In this document: one piece after another, positions 9,531 to 19,258 of the stretch
Layout of the letters: the number at the start of each line of letters is the position of its first letter
Position numbering within the stretch: position 1 is the first letter of the stretch
NCBI GenBank assembly: GCA_963797335.1
Contig: CAWCOU010000006.1
Coordinates: forward strand, 250,613-314,612
DNA length: 64,000 bases
Source of the DNA: an uncultured Gammaproteobacteria bacterium
GTDB lineage: Bacteria; Pseudomonadota; Gammaproteobacteria; JAURND01
Direction of reading: 5' to 3'
Position numbers and translations under genes: made by a program
The notes under the pieces: model-generated
What the model was told of the DNA's origin: nothing
Seen by the model: the letters and a program-made list of their open reading frames with translations, nothing else
The model's database searches: none

Positions 9531-9842
9531 ATGAAAATCGTGCGCATTATTTCTTACATTATCATAGCGATCATTATCATCCTCGGCATCAGTTTCGCCA
9601 TAGCCAATGATAAGCCGGTCGATCTGCACTATTATTTTGGCACCGTGAGTGTAGCCTTATCGTTACTACTGGTTTATTGCCTAGGCATTGGCATTATCCT
9701 GGGCTTCTTAGCCATGGTCTACCCTTGCTTAAAAGCAAAACGACAAAACAAATCACAGCAACAGCGCATCAACCAATTAGAAAGCGAATTGGCAACTCGC
9801 ACCATAAATCAACACGCCGCTTCCGAACAAACAACCTTGTAG
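9531..9842 (+). CDS. lapA: LapA-family (lipopolysaccharide assembly protein A) membrane protein
   Basis: Two hydrophobic helices around FAIANDKPVDLHYYFG and a C-terminal coiled coil; conserved position downstream of rpsA. Confidence 0.75.
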   Translation: MKIVRIISYIIIAIIIILGISFAIANDKPVDLHYYFGTVSVALSLLLVYCLGIGIILGFLAMVYPCLKAKRQNKSQQQRINQLESELATRTINQHAASEQTTL

Positions 9843-9853
9843 GCTCTAACCAC

Positions 9854-10681
9854 ATGAACCCCGATTCATCCAGTAAATCTTGGCTAGGACGTCTTGGCCA
9901 CGCCATTTCACGCCCCAAGAACCGAGAAGAATTACTGGAATGGTTACGCGATATCACTGCACACCACATCATGGAACCCGACGCCTTACGCATGATTGAA
10001 GGCGTGCTGGAAGTCTACGACATGCAAGTGCGCGACATTATGACGGCGCGCTCGCAAATGGTGGTTATTCCATTGGATGCCACCTTAGAAGAAATTTTAC
10101 CCACGGTGATTTCTTCAGCCCACTCCCGATTTCCCGTGATCAAAGAAAACCGCGATGAAGTCGTGGGCATTCTACTCGCCAAAGATTTACTACGTTACAC
10201 CTTCCACAAAGACGCGAATTTTGATTTAAACACCCTACTCCATCCAGCAATATTTATTCCTGAAAGTAAGCGATTAAATGTGTTACTAGAAGAGTTTCGC
10301 CTGAATCGCAACCACATGGCGATCGTTGTCGACGAATACGGTGGTGTTTCCGGCATACTCACCATTGAAGATGTGTTAGAACAAATTGTCGGTGAAATCG
10401 CCGACGAATACGACACCGATGAAGGCGATACCAATATCAATACCCTGAATAACAGCCAATTCACCGTAAAAGCATTAACCCGAATCGAAGATTTTAATCA
10501 ATTCTTCCATACCAACTTTAGCGATGAAGAATTTGACACCATCGGTGGTTTAGTGATGCAAAGCTTCGGCTATATGCCCAAACGTGGCGAACAAGTCACC
10601 ATTGACGGACTGAACTTTACCGTTTTATCCGCAGACCGACGACGAATACGTTTGCTACGCGTCGACATCCCGTCTTCTTAA
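9854..10681 (+). CDS. corC: HlyC/CorC-family CBS-domain protein
   Basis: MIEGVLEV, SAHSRFPV, FIPESKRL, HMAIVVDEYGGVSG, DTIGGLV; directly upstream of lnt. True start is ATG 9854 (ORF-track extension to 9677 overlaps lapA). Confidence 0.92.
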   Translation: MNPDSSSKSWLGRLGHAISRPKNREELLEWLRDITAHHIMEPDALRMIEGVLEVYDMQVRDIMTARSQMVVIPLDATLEEILPTVISSAHSRFPVIKENRDEVVGILLAKDLLRYTFHKDANFDLNTLLHPAIFIPESKRLNVLLEEFRLNRNHMAIVVDEYGGVSGILTIEDVLEQIVGEIADEYDTDEGDTNINTLNNSQFTVKALTRIEDFNQFFHTNFSDEEFDTIGGLVMQSFGYMPKRGEQVTIDGLNFTVLSADRRRIRLLRVDIPSS

Positions 10682-10701
10682 CACGCTAAGACTATTGGCC
10701 T

Positions 10702-12237
10702 ATGGACATCATGACCGCGTCAAAACCCAGTTGGTTGGGTGATCTAGCCGCATTTATTTTTGGCGCGCTATTACCATTGGCTTTTGCGCCCTTCCATCTA
10801 TTCCCTTTTTCTTTATTGTGCCCAGCTGCACTGCTATGGCTTTGGCTCAATTGCCAACCGCGTCGTGCGTTTATGCGCGGCGGTTTATTCGGGCTGGGTC
10901 TGTTTGGCGTGGGAGTTTCCTGGGTATATATTAGTCTAAGCGTGTATGGTCAAGCGAACATGTGGCTGGCTGGGCTGCTGACCTTGCTGATGATTCTTAT
11001 TTTAACGTTCTACATTGCCATTAACGGTTATTTATTGACCCGTCTTTTTCCGAATAACAATCTGAGTAAATGCTTACTAGCCTTTCCGGCATTTTGGGTT
11101 TTATTTGAATGGTTGCGCAGTTGGTTATTATCGGGGTTCCCATGGCTGTTCCTCGGTTATTCGCAATTGACTTATCCATTAAGTCATTTCGCACCGATTA
11201 TTGGCGTTTACGGAGTTTCTTTATTAGTCGCATTCACGAGCGCGGCGTTTGTGGTATTGATTAAGATGCGTAAACGACTGCGCGTTGTGTTGCCTTTATT
11301 ATTGCTGTTAGCAATCTTCTGGGTGGGCGGTATAGAATTAAAGTCTGTGCAATGGACCACTGCTAAGGGACCTGTGATACCGGTCAGTTTGGTTCAGGGC
11401 AATATTCCCCAACAAATCAAATGGGATCATGACCAGACAGCAGAAACACTGGCCTTGTACAAAAAACTAACTCTGCAACAATTAGCCAACCCGGCATTCG
11501 CCGCTACCGGGCAAATCATTGTCTGGCCAGAAGCTGCTGTTACCTCGACGCAAACCGAAGCCACGGATTACCTCATGGCGATGGCCGCTATTTTAAAATC
11601 CCATCACAGCACGTTAATTACCGGTATTCCCATTCAAGAAGGCGATCGTTTTTACAATGGCATGTTAGCCCTAGGCAACGGCCATGGCATTTATCTGAAA
11701 CGACATCTGGTACCGTTTGGCGAATATATGCCGCTACGATCGCTGTTGCTCTGGTTAAAAAACTACGTTGAAATTCCGATGTCGGATTTCAGCTCAGGCC
11801 CCCGACGTCAACCATTACTAACCGCCAATGGCCTATCGGTAGCAACATTTATCTGCTATGAAATAGCGTATCCCGAAGAAGTATTAGATGGCTTACCAGC
11901 CGGTCAACTCCTCGTCACGGTGAGCGACGACAGCTGGTTCGGCCGCTCGTTAGCACCACCTCAACACATCGAGATGGCACAAATGCGCGCGCTGGAGACG
12001 GGCCGTTATCTATTGATGGCTACTAATGACGCCATCACCGCCATTATCAGCCCCACCGGCCAAGCCCTACAATTCGCTCCACCCTTTCAGCAATTTGTGC
12101 TAACTGGCAAAATTCAAGCCATGGTCGGCAGCACTCCCTGGGTGATTATCGGCATTTACCCTATTCTCGCGTTACTTCTCTTGCTACTGATCATCGCGTT
12201 TATTTACCAATACCCACCCCATTTCCCTAGGAAATAA
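10702..12237 (+). CDS. lnt: Apolipoprotein N-acyltransferase
   Basis: GFPWLFLGYSQ, VQGNIPQ, WPEAA, KRHLVPFGEY, ICYE catalytic motifs, MRALETGR. Confidence 0.96.
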   Translation: MDIMTASKPSWLGDLAAFIFGALLPLAFAPFHLFPFSLLCPAALLWLWLNCQPRRAFMRGGLFGLGLFGVGVSWVYISLSVYGQANMWLAGLLTLLMILILTFYIAINGYLLTRLFPNNNLSKCLLAFPAFWVLFEWLRSWLLSGFPWLFLGYSQLTYPLSHFAPIIGVYGVSLLVAFTSAAFVVLIKMRKRLRVVLPLLLLLAIFWVGGIELKSVQWTTAKGPVIPVSLVQGNIPQQIKWDHDQTAETLALYKKLTLQQLANPAFAATGQIIVWPEAAVTSTQTEATDYLMAMAAILKSHHSTLITGIPIQEGDRFYNGMLALGNGHGIYLKRHLVPFGEYMPLRSLLLWLKNYVEIPMSDFSSGPRRQPLLTANGLSVATFICYEIAYPEEVLDGLPAGQLLVTVSDDSWFGRSLAPPQHIEMAQMRALETGRYLLMATNDAITAIISPTGQALQFAPPFQQFVLTGKIQAMVGSTPWVIIGIYPILALLLLLLIIAFIYQYPPHFPRK

Positions 12238-12866
12238 TGTATTAATCCACGCTTATTATTGGCTGTTTTCCTTAAGCCCACCGAAGCATCTTTTTGTTGT
12301 CGAATGAGGTGATACAAACGATTCTGAATTTCATCACGGATAGACAATTGCTTATCGTATCTACCTTCGAATCCTAAGCTGAGTATCAAATATAAAAATT
12401 CGAGCAACAGGAGGTTTTTTCCAGGTGTGGCAACTGTCTCGTCGAGGATGTCAAAAAATCGCGCCCCACCCCAAGCTTCATGATGAAATAAGCTCAACAA
12501 GGATTGATGCGACCAATCACTCTGCTGCCCCCCGGAAGATAACAGCACGACTTCATCCAGCGCCGCACATAAACCATACCGTGCCGTTAAGATTAACCGC
12601 AATGGGCATTGAAAAACCTGAGCCCGCTCTGTAAAAGCATACAACTCCTGAACTATTTCGTCTTTCAACGTATTGACGTGTTCAACCGTCATATACGGTC
12701 GTTGCCTCAGCTGGGTGAGTAACAGCAATAACGGTAACGCGGATCCAATTAAGTAATTGCCATCCCCCAGCTGTGTAAAAGGAACCAGCTGATGAGCCAA
12801 TAACGGCCGCTCATGACTAATGCGGTGAATCAATAACCCCGTTTCTACCACTGTCACACCCCTCAC
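12204..12866 (-). CDS. DotU/IcmH (TssL)-family secretion system protein
   Basis: ARYGLCAALDE, WSHQSLLSLFHHEAWGGARFF, LLEFLYLILSLGFEGRY signature. Confidence 0.85.
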   Translation of the reverse strand: MRGVTVVETGLLIHRISHERPLLAHQLVPFTQLGDGNYLIGSALPLLLLLTQLRQRPYMTVEHVNTLKDEIVQELYAFTERAQVFQCPLRLILTARYGLCAALDEVVLLSSGGQQSDWSHQSLLSLFHHEAWGGARFFDILDETVATPGKNLLLLEFLYLILSLGFEGRYDKQLSIRDEIQNRLYHLIRQQKDASVGLRKTANNKRGLIHYFLGKWGGYW

Positions 12867-12993
12867 CTAACAGGCTCTCTAACGCCACCCTAGGGTAGAA
12901 AACGTAACATGCAAGAAAAATTTAGACAATACCGTATTTTTTAACCCTGACTCTATCCAATTTTCCTTAAATGCAAATTGCCCAATTTATTAT

Positions 12994-13022
12994 TAGACAA
13001 ATTTAAGAGTGAGAACTATACT
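12994..13022 (+). promoter_or_regulatory. Sigma70 promoter of tRNA-Phe
   Basis: TAGACA-N17-TATACT ending 22 nt before the tRNA. Confidence 0.65.
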
Positions 13023-13044
13023 ACCCCTTCGCCATTATAAGGCT

Positions 13045-13120
<76 letters not shown>

Positions 13121-13255
13121 GTAAAATCAATATCCTATCTGAAATTATAAATATCCAACTGTCTAATAAATCAGACAATGAGTATTGCATTTTGAACACC
13201 CCCAACCAGAAACCATGGTCATATCCACTGGCGAACATCCAGGATCTTTGGCAAA

Positions 13256-14344
13256 ATGACTAAAATAGTAACCTTCTTTAATCATAAAGGTGGCGTAGGC
13301 AAGACAACCTTGGTACATAACTTGGGCTTTATTCTTGCTGATAAAGGGCAACGGGTTCTCCTAATCGATGCTGACCCTCAGATGAACCTTACCGCTGCCA
13401 TGTATGGCCTTTCTACTAGTGTAGAATATTCGACCGATGAAGATTCTAAGTGGAATAAGAACGTAGAAAAATACATCTCTTTATCCGAATACATTAACAT
13501 CAAACTCAAATCTCAAGACTGTGCAAAAGAAATATTTAGGGCAGCCTCTCAACAACCCGGAAGCGGTTTTGTTGATTTAATCTCAGGCTCTATCAATCTG
13601 GCGAATACAGAAGCTGATTTATATGGGATCATTAAAAATAAAAATGAATTTACCAACGACATACCGTATAAATTTGAACAAGCCATTAGGCAGCAGAAAG
13701 ATAATTATGACTTTATCTTAATAGACACTTCCCCCAGCGCAAGTAGCATCATTAACGCACTTATCATGATGATGACCGATTATTTCATCACCCCTGTGTC
13801 ACCCACCTTCTTTTCACTACAGGCTATAGACAATTTAAGCACCATTTTTAATAATTGGATTAAATTATTAGGGGAATACCAAACTACGCAGAGCTTCAAG
13901 GGTTTGAGCTTTAGACCCAAATTTTTAGGCTTAGTAGTACAAATGGCGAAAAGATTTAATGGTGGGGTCGTTAAGGAAACCACGAAATTTTCCAAGTCGG
14001 CTGAGAAATGGATTTTAGATGTCAATAGTAGTGTGAAAAGATTTCAACAATTCGCTATGCAGCGAGGTATGTCAATTTCCGCTGAAGAATTTGAACAATT
14101 TTTTGGGAATGATCCTGGGCCGTTTATCATTCAAAAATGTTGTGATTTCACCCCGCAATTAAGATCGATAGCTGAAAAGGCAGGGGTTCCAGTCGTCCAT
14201 CTTACCCAAGAAATCTGCAATAATTATAAAGATTCTGGAACGGTGGTTGACCTCACTAAAGAAGATGGGCAGTATACCCGATCATTTACGAGTATTTTCA
14301 ATTCTTACAATAAAATTGCCGATGGTTTAATAAAAATCGTGTAA
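13256..14344 (+). CDS. Orphan ParA/Soj-like (MinD superfamily) ATPase
   Basis: Deviant Walker A HKGGVGKTT, VLLIDADPQMNLT, YDFILIDTSPS; 362 aa; no parB adjacent. Confidence 0.85.
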   Translation: MTKIVTFFNHKGGVGKTTLVHNLGFILADKGQRVLLIDADPQMNLTAAMYGLSTSVEYSTDEDSKWNKNVEKYISLSEYINIKLKSQDCAKEIFRAASQQPGSGFVDLISGSINLANTEADLYGIIKNKNEFTNDIPYKFEQAIRQQKDNYDFILIDTSPSASSIINALIMMMTDYFITPVSPTFFSLQAIDNLSTIFNNWIKLLGEYQTTQSFKGLSFRPKFLGLVVQMAKRFNGGVVKETTKFSKSAEKWILDVNSSVKRFQQFAMQRGMSISAEEFEQFFGNDPGPFIIQKCCDFTPQLRSIAEKAGVPVVHLTQEICNNYKDSGTVVDLTKEDGQYTRSFTSIFNSYNKIADGLIKIV

Positions 14345-14378
14345 TTCCCCTTACGCCCTCTTAACCATCGTAACCATC

Positions 14379-14494
14379 GGGTGGGCAAAGCACAGCGTGC
14401 CCACCAATCTGCCTCGAGGAAGAGGATATAGGTGCAGCGTGCCCACCGTTTCTTCAGTGCGAAAGGTGGGCACGCTGCGCTTTGCCCACCCTAC
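14379..14494. repeat. GTAG-type REP cluster, family C (GGTGGGCA...TGCCCACC)
   Basis: GGGTGGGCAAAGCACAGCGTGCCCACC, an internal GCAGCGTGCCCACC, and inverted GGTGGGCACGCTGCGCTTTGCCCACCCTAC (GTAG end on the minus strand); degenerate copy at 15199-15226. Confidence 0.85.
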
Positions 14495-14498
14495 CGAT

Positions 14499-14532
14499 TT
14501 GTCATCTTGTTGTCATATTTTTATTTTAATAT
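14499..14532 (+). promoter_or_regulatory. Pho-box-like tandem repeat plus -10 element
   Basis: TTGTCAT-N4-TTGTCAT-N10-TAATAT. Confidence 0.6.
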
Positions 14533-14589
14533 TAGCTTAGGAAATGTAATTTGAGGAATATGTATACTATATAAGTGGAGGAATTTTAA

Positions 14590-15102
14590 ATGACCACTGA
14601 ATCTAAAAGATCTGCTAAACCACTCATGACTACTCCCACTTTAACTCTAGGCCCACTTCTAGATACTATTTTAAATATTTTAGACAAAAATTCATCTGAA
14701 AAAAAATTAAAGTGTTCTTCAGATTTAGAATACTACGCTAGGCTGCTGGAGAACCCCGATGGATATAAAGAATTTCTCAAGGGAACGCCCACAGTTGAAC
14801 TTCCGGGGTACTTAAGGTGCATTGAAAGCATAGAGAAAGGTTTAGAGAAATACATGGACAGTAAGGATGTATTAAATCAAAGGTATAAAGAGATTGCTCT
14901 GTTTTGTAAAATTATCAAAGAAGAAATTGAAGGAAAATATTCAAGGATTAATTCAAATATCTTTTTAAATGTGTCTAGAGTAAAAAAAGCCAATCTGGGT
15001 AAACGAAAATTGGAAAACCGTTTGGCTAATGACGATAAACCTCTAGGGAAGCTACACGACGACGACTTGTACCCTATGATGTCCAATAATCAATTATTTT
15101 AA
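14590..15102 (+). CDS. Hypothetical protein (paralogue of 15347-15826), candidate effector
   Basis: GGAGGA RBS, AT-rich; aligns by eye with neighbour (LGPLLDTIL/LGTLLKTIL, SDLEYY/SDLEFY, IALFC/IAQLC). Confidence 0.75.
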   Translation: MTTESKRSAKPLMTTPTLTLGPLLDTILNILDKNSSEKKLKCSSDLEYYARLLENPDGYKEFLKGTPTVELPGYLRCIESIEKGLEKYMDSKDVLNQRYKEIALFCKIIKEEIEGKYSRINSNIFLNVSRVKKANLGKRKLENRLANDDKPLGKLHDDDLYPMMSNNQLF

Positions 15103-15251
15103 TATTTCCTTAACATTGCAGCTTTCCCATCATTGCTTGTATCTAGATTTTACGGCTAAAGTATTTACCGCTTTAAAAAATTACCCTTACAATATCATGG
15201 GGTTGGCAAAGCGCAGTGTGCCCACCAAAGGAATCCTTTTTTAAACTGAAT

Positions 15252-15285
15252 TTGTCATAATTTAGTCACAATTTTGCTCTAAAAT
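15252..15285 (+). promoter_or_regulatory. Pho-box-like tandem repeat plus -10 element
   Basis: TTGTCAT-N4-TAGTCAC-N10-TAAAAT, same geometry as 14499-14532. Confidence 0.55.
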
Positions 15286-15346
15286 ACATTACGTAGGAAA
15301 GTAAGCCTAAAGGATATTTAATATTAGTTTAATGAGAGAATTGTGA

Positions 15347-15826
15347 ATGACTACCGATCGTAAACCCATCCCCGTCGCGCCAACCCCATCCTTAGGCACA
15401 CTTTTAAAAACCATTTTAGCAAATTTTCAAAATGAGAAATTTCAGGAAAACTTGCAATTAATTTCAGATTTAGAGTTTTATACTAATCTTCTGAAGAAGC
15501 CGTCTTTCTATGACAAATTTGTAAGGGAGATCCCTAAAGAAAAGATTTCTGAATACTCCAAACTCATCTCTACCATAGATAAACAAGCCAACGCGCATAT
15601 AATTAAAAGCGATGAGGAGCTAATCCATAGCAGTAAACGTATTGCTCAGCTCTGCGCACAAATTAAAGGAAAAATTGAATCAAGCACAAGCGTGATCAAG
15701 AAGCCGTCAAGTGGGTTTTTCGAGGCTAAAATTGGAAAAATCGGGTTCCCAAACAAATTTGCAGGGAATGCCCATGAAGACCTACATTCTTTTATGTCGC
15801 TAGATGAAAAACCTAAGGCTCGTTAA
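15347..15826 (+). CDS. Hypothetical protein (paralogue of 14590-15102), candidate effector
   Basis: 159-aa ORF with visible homology to the upstream gene. Confidence 0.75.
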   Translation: MTTDRKPIPVAPTPSLGTLLKTILANFQNEKFQENLQLISDLEFYTNLLKKPSFYDKFVREIPKEKISEYSKLISTIDKQANAHIIKSDEELIHSSKRIAQLCAQIKGKIESSTSVIKKPSSGFFEAKIGKIGFPNKFAGNAHEDLHSFMSLDEKPKAR

Positions 15827-16851
15827 TGTGCCTTTGGCAGATGCTCGCGATACCAAGTCATCGCCAAACCCAATCCCTCAAATACACGATGCGTGGGGGC
15901 ATAGCCTATAAGATTTCTAGCCGGGCTGATATCCGCTAACGAATGGCGGATATCACCGTGGCGGGGATCACCATATTGCGGTTGCACTTCTTGCCGGTCG
16001 AGCAGACGCGCAATTTCCGCATACAACTCATTCAATGAAATTTGTTCGCCCACGGCGATATTAAACACCTGGCCAAAAGCGGCGGTATTCTCGGTGCAGG
16101 CTGCTAGTAGGTTGGCTTGTACCACATTGTCGACAAAACAAAAATCACGGGTTGTTAAACCGTCGCCGTTGATCACAGCGGGTGTTTGTGCCAATAAAAG
16201 GCTGACCCAGCGGGGGATAACGGCGGCATAAGCTCCATTCGGGTCTTGGCGCGGACCGAAGACATTAAAATAACGTAGGCCAATAGTCTGCATCGCATAG
16301 GTGTGGTGAAATACTTTTGCGTATAACTCATTGGTACGTTTGGTAACTGCATACGGTGACAATAATTCCCCTATGTGGTGCTCTTTCTTGGGTAATAGCG
16401 GGGAATCACCGTAGACAGAACTGGAAGAAGCATACACAAAACGACGCACTCCACTCTCTTGCGCCGCCCTCAGCATATGAATAAAACCATCCACATTGAC
16501 CGCATGAGTGGTCAGCGGGTCTTTAATCGAACGGGGCACGCTGCCTAGAGCAGCTTGGTGTAATACCACATCGACGCCTTGCACCGCGTCGAGACAGGTC
16601 TGGAAATCACGGATATCCCCCTCTATCAGACTCAGCAACGATTTTTTATCATCCCCTACTTCCGCCAATACTTGTTCGATATTTTTTTTATGCCCAGTGG
16701 CAAAATTATCCAAAACAAGGGTGCGTTGCCCTAATTGCAATAATTTAGACACTAAATGGCTACCAATAAAACCAGCGCCACCCGTCACTAACCAAGTTTT
16801 TGGCTGTTTTTTCAACTGCTCACAGCAAGATAAATAAGTTAAAGCCGCCAT
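15823..16851 (-). CDS. UDP-GlcNAc(A) 4-epimerase (WbpP/TviC-like SDR)
   Basis: WLVTGGAGFIGSHL, HQAALGSVPRSI, SPYAVTK, GLRYFNVFGPRQDPNGAYAAVIP. Confidence 0.9.
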   Translation of the reverse strand: MAALTYLSCCEQLKKQPKTWLVTGGAGFIGSHLVSKLLQLGQRTLVLDNFATGHKKNIEQVLAEVGDDKKSLLSLIEGDIRDFQTCLDAVQGVDVVLHQAALGSVPRSIKDPLTTHAVNVDGFIHMLRAAQESGVRRFVYASSSSVYGDSPLLPKKEHHIGELLSPYAVTKRTNELYAKVFHHTYAMQTIGLRYFNVFGPRQDPNGAYAAVIPRWVSLLLAQTPAVINGDGLTTRDFCFVDNVVQANLLAACTENTAAFGQVFNIAVGEQISLNELYAEIARLLDRQEVQPQYGDPRHGDIRHSLADISPARNLIGYAPTHRVFEGLGLAMTWYREHLPKAH

Positions 16852-18128
16852 ACGTGCATTCCCAAAGCAATGAGTGCATCGCGCGCTAACACACTTTTCA
16901 CGTCGATGACTAATTTAAACGAGTGTTGAAGACAAGCTGTCAATTCCGCTAATTCTTTTTGCAAATAAAATTGGTGTGGCACTGCCAAAATTAAAGCATC
17001 CATGGCTGTCAGCGCATCAAAATCGACCAGAGTGAGCCCGTATTCTTCATACACAGCTTTTTCATCGGCCACCGGGTCGTGCACCATAACTTCTATACCA
17101 TAATCTTGTAACTCTCGAATAATATCGATGACTTTATTATTTCGAATATCCGGGCAATTTTCTTTAAACGTTAGCCCCAGCACAGCGATTCTGGAGGTTT
17201 TAATCGCCACTGCACCATGGATTAATTGCTTGACAGTTTGTTCCGCAATAAATTTGCCCATTTGGTCATTAATACGTCTACCCGCTAAAATCACTTCGGG
17301 ATGCAATCCACACATCACCGCCTTATGAGTGAGGTAATAGGGATCAACACCAATACAATGGCCCCCGACTAAACCCGGAGTGAAGGGTAAAAAATTCCAC
17401 TTCGTTCCAGCCGCTTGCAACACTTCATGCGTATCAATATTCAGCGCATTAAAAATGATTGCTAGTTCATTAATTAATGCAATATTCAAATCACGCTGAG
17501 TATTTTCAATGACTTTCGCGGCCTCCGCCACCCGAATGCTACTAGCTCGATAAACACCGGCAACCACTACTTCGCCGTATAATTCCGCGACTTTCTCCAA
17601 GACTTCGGGCGTTTGTCCTGAAACGACCTTTCGAATGCGGCTGAAACTATGCTCATGATCACCGGGGTTAATACGTTCAGGGGAATAAGCCAAGAAAAAA
17701 TCTTTTCCCGAGGTTAATTTAGACATCTTTTCCAAAACAGGCGCACACACTTCTTCCGTCGCTCCCGGGTAGACCGTGGATTCGTAGATAACGATAGCGC
17801 CCGGTTTTAAATACTGGCCAATTAACTGCGAGGCTTGTAATAATGGCGTGAAATCTGGCTGTTTTGCGGAATTGATAGGCGTGGGCACGGCGACAATAAA
17901 TAAATCGGCTTTTTGTAAATCGTCTCGATTAGCTGTTAATTGTAATTGCGGTTGACGTAACTCTTCGGCAGTCACTTCTCCGGTTTTATCGAAGCCAGCC
18001 TGCAGTTCCTGGATACGCTGAGGATTGATATCGAAGGCAATCACCGGCCTTTTCTTCGCAAAAGCAGTAGCCACGGGCAAACCCACGTAGCCTAAACCAA
18101 TAATGGCTAATTGAGAGGATGGTTTCAT
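16839..18128 (-). CDS. UDP-N-acetylhexosamine 6-dehydrogenase (WbpO/TviB-like)
   Basis: GLGYVGLP, YESTVYPG, YSPERINPGD, AAKVIENTQRD, GLVGGHCIGVDPYYL, FKENCPD. Confidence 0.92.
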   Translation of the reverse strand: MKPSSQLAIIGLGYVGLPVATAFAKKRPVIAFDINPQRIQELQAGFDKTGEVTAEELRQPQLQLTANRDDLQKADLFIVAVPTPINSAKQPDFTPLLQASQLIGQYLKPGAIVIYESTVYPGATEEVCAPVLEKMSKLTSGKDFFLAYSPERINPGDHEHSFSRIRKVVSGQTPEVLEKVAELYGEVVVAGVYRASSIRVAEAAKVIENTQRDLNIALINELAIIFNALNIDTHEVLQAAGTKWNFLPFTPGLVGGHCIGVDPYYLTHKAVMCGLHPEVILAGRRINDQMGKFIAEQTVKQLIHGAVAIKTSRIAVLGLTFKENCPDIRNNKVIDIIRELQDYGIEVMVHDPVADEKAVYEEYGLTLVDFDALTAMDALILAVPHQFYLQKELAELTACLQHSFKLVIDVKSVLARDALIALGMHVWRL

Positions 18129-19258
18129 ATTAAACCCATTGCTTTGAGAATATCGGAATTAATTTTTTCAACTGAAAATTGTTCAACGGCCAATGCCCTA
18201 CTCGCAGCGCCCATCTCGGGAATCAGGGCGCTATTTTCAATAAAATACGTCATGCTCTGAACCAATTCAGTGACGGCACGAACGGGAACCATAAAACCAT
18301 TGACCGTCGAGTTTACAACCTCACGACAACCAGGCGCATCGGTCATGATAACTGGTCGGGCAGTAGCCAACGCTTCTAACGCAGCACGAGATAAACCTTC
18401 GCGATAAGAGGGCAATACAAACACGGAGGCTGCTTGCAATGCTTCTCGAATATCTTTCACTTCGCCCAGATACTCCAACACGCCACCTTGCATTAATTCC
18501 TGCAGTTGCGCTTCACTCAAAGAAGCGGGGTTGTCGTGTAAACCGCCAGCCACTAAAAATCGTATCTGAGGGTATTTGCGCTTAATTTCGGTAGCCGCAG
18601 CCACAAATTCAAAAATACCTTTATCACGAATCAGTCGGCCCACAAACAAAAAGCTCACTACTTTAGGATAAGGGAGTGCGGAAAAGTGTTGCACATCCAC
18701 CCCCGAGCCACCCGTCACCACGATTTGTGATGCTGTCACCAAGCTCAAGCCTAAGAATAGATTCGCATCGTCGTTATTATGGAAAAAAACCTTGGTCGCT
18801 TTTTTCAAGGCAAACTTATACATTTTTTTCACTAAAAAAGCCAGTAACCGCCGTTTGTAACTGGTTTGCTCACCGTTAAAAACATAGCCAAGACCAGATA
18901 CCATGGCATAGATTTGCGGCACCTTGGCCCACCGTGCCGCAATACAACCGTAAATAACCGGCTTGATGGTGTAAAAAAAGACGATTTTTGACTTTTTCCG
19001 TTGAAATAATTTTCTGAGTTGCTGAAGTAATCGCAAGTCCTTAAACGGATTTAATTGCGAGTTTTGCAAGGGAACCGCAACTAGAGGCACGCCGGCTTCC
19101 CGCAATGTCGCTTCGCTTTCTGCAAAAGAAACGTCGCGAGGCGCCAATGCCTCAACCCTCATACCCAATTGTCGCCACTGTTGAATCAGTCGAAAGCGAA
19201 AATTGACCAATGAATAAGAATAACTGGCTAATATCATTAAATCAGCCATGATTTTCAT
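18125..19258 (-). CDS. Glycosyltransferase family 4
   Basis: YTIKPVIYG, GSGVD, GRLIRDKGIFE, VLPSYREGLSRAALEA (EX7E). Confidence 0.9.
   Translation of the reverse strand: MKIMADLMILASYSYSLVNFRFRLIQQWRQLGMRVEALAPRDVSFAESEATLREAGVPLVAVPLQNSQLNPFKDLRLLQQLRKLFQRKKSKIVFFYTIKPVIYGCIAARWAKVPQIYAMVSGLGYVFNGEQTSYKRRLLAFLVKKMYKFALKKATKVFFHNNDDANLFLGLSLVTASQIVVTGGSGVDVQHFSALPYPKVVSFLFVGRLIRDKGIFEFVAAATEIKRKYPQIRFLVAGGLHDNPASLSEAQLQELMQGGVLEYLGEVKDIREALQAASVFVLPSYREGLSRAALEALATARPVIMTDAPGCREVVNSTVNGFMVPVRAVTELVQSMTYFIENSALIPEMGAASRALAVEQFSVEKINSDILKAMGLI

Noticed and set aside
9677-9853. N-terminal extension of corC
   Set aside because: Overlaps lapA in another frame; homology starts at ATG 9854
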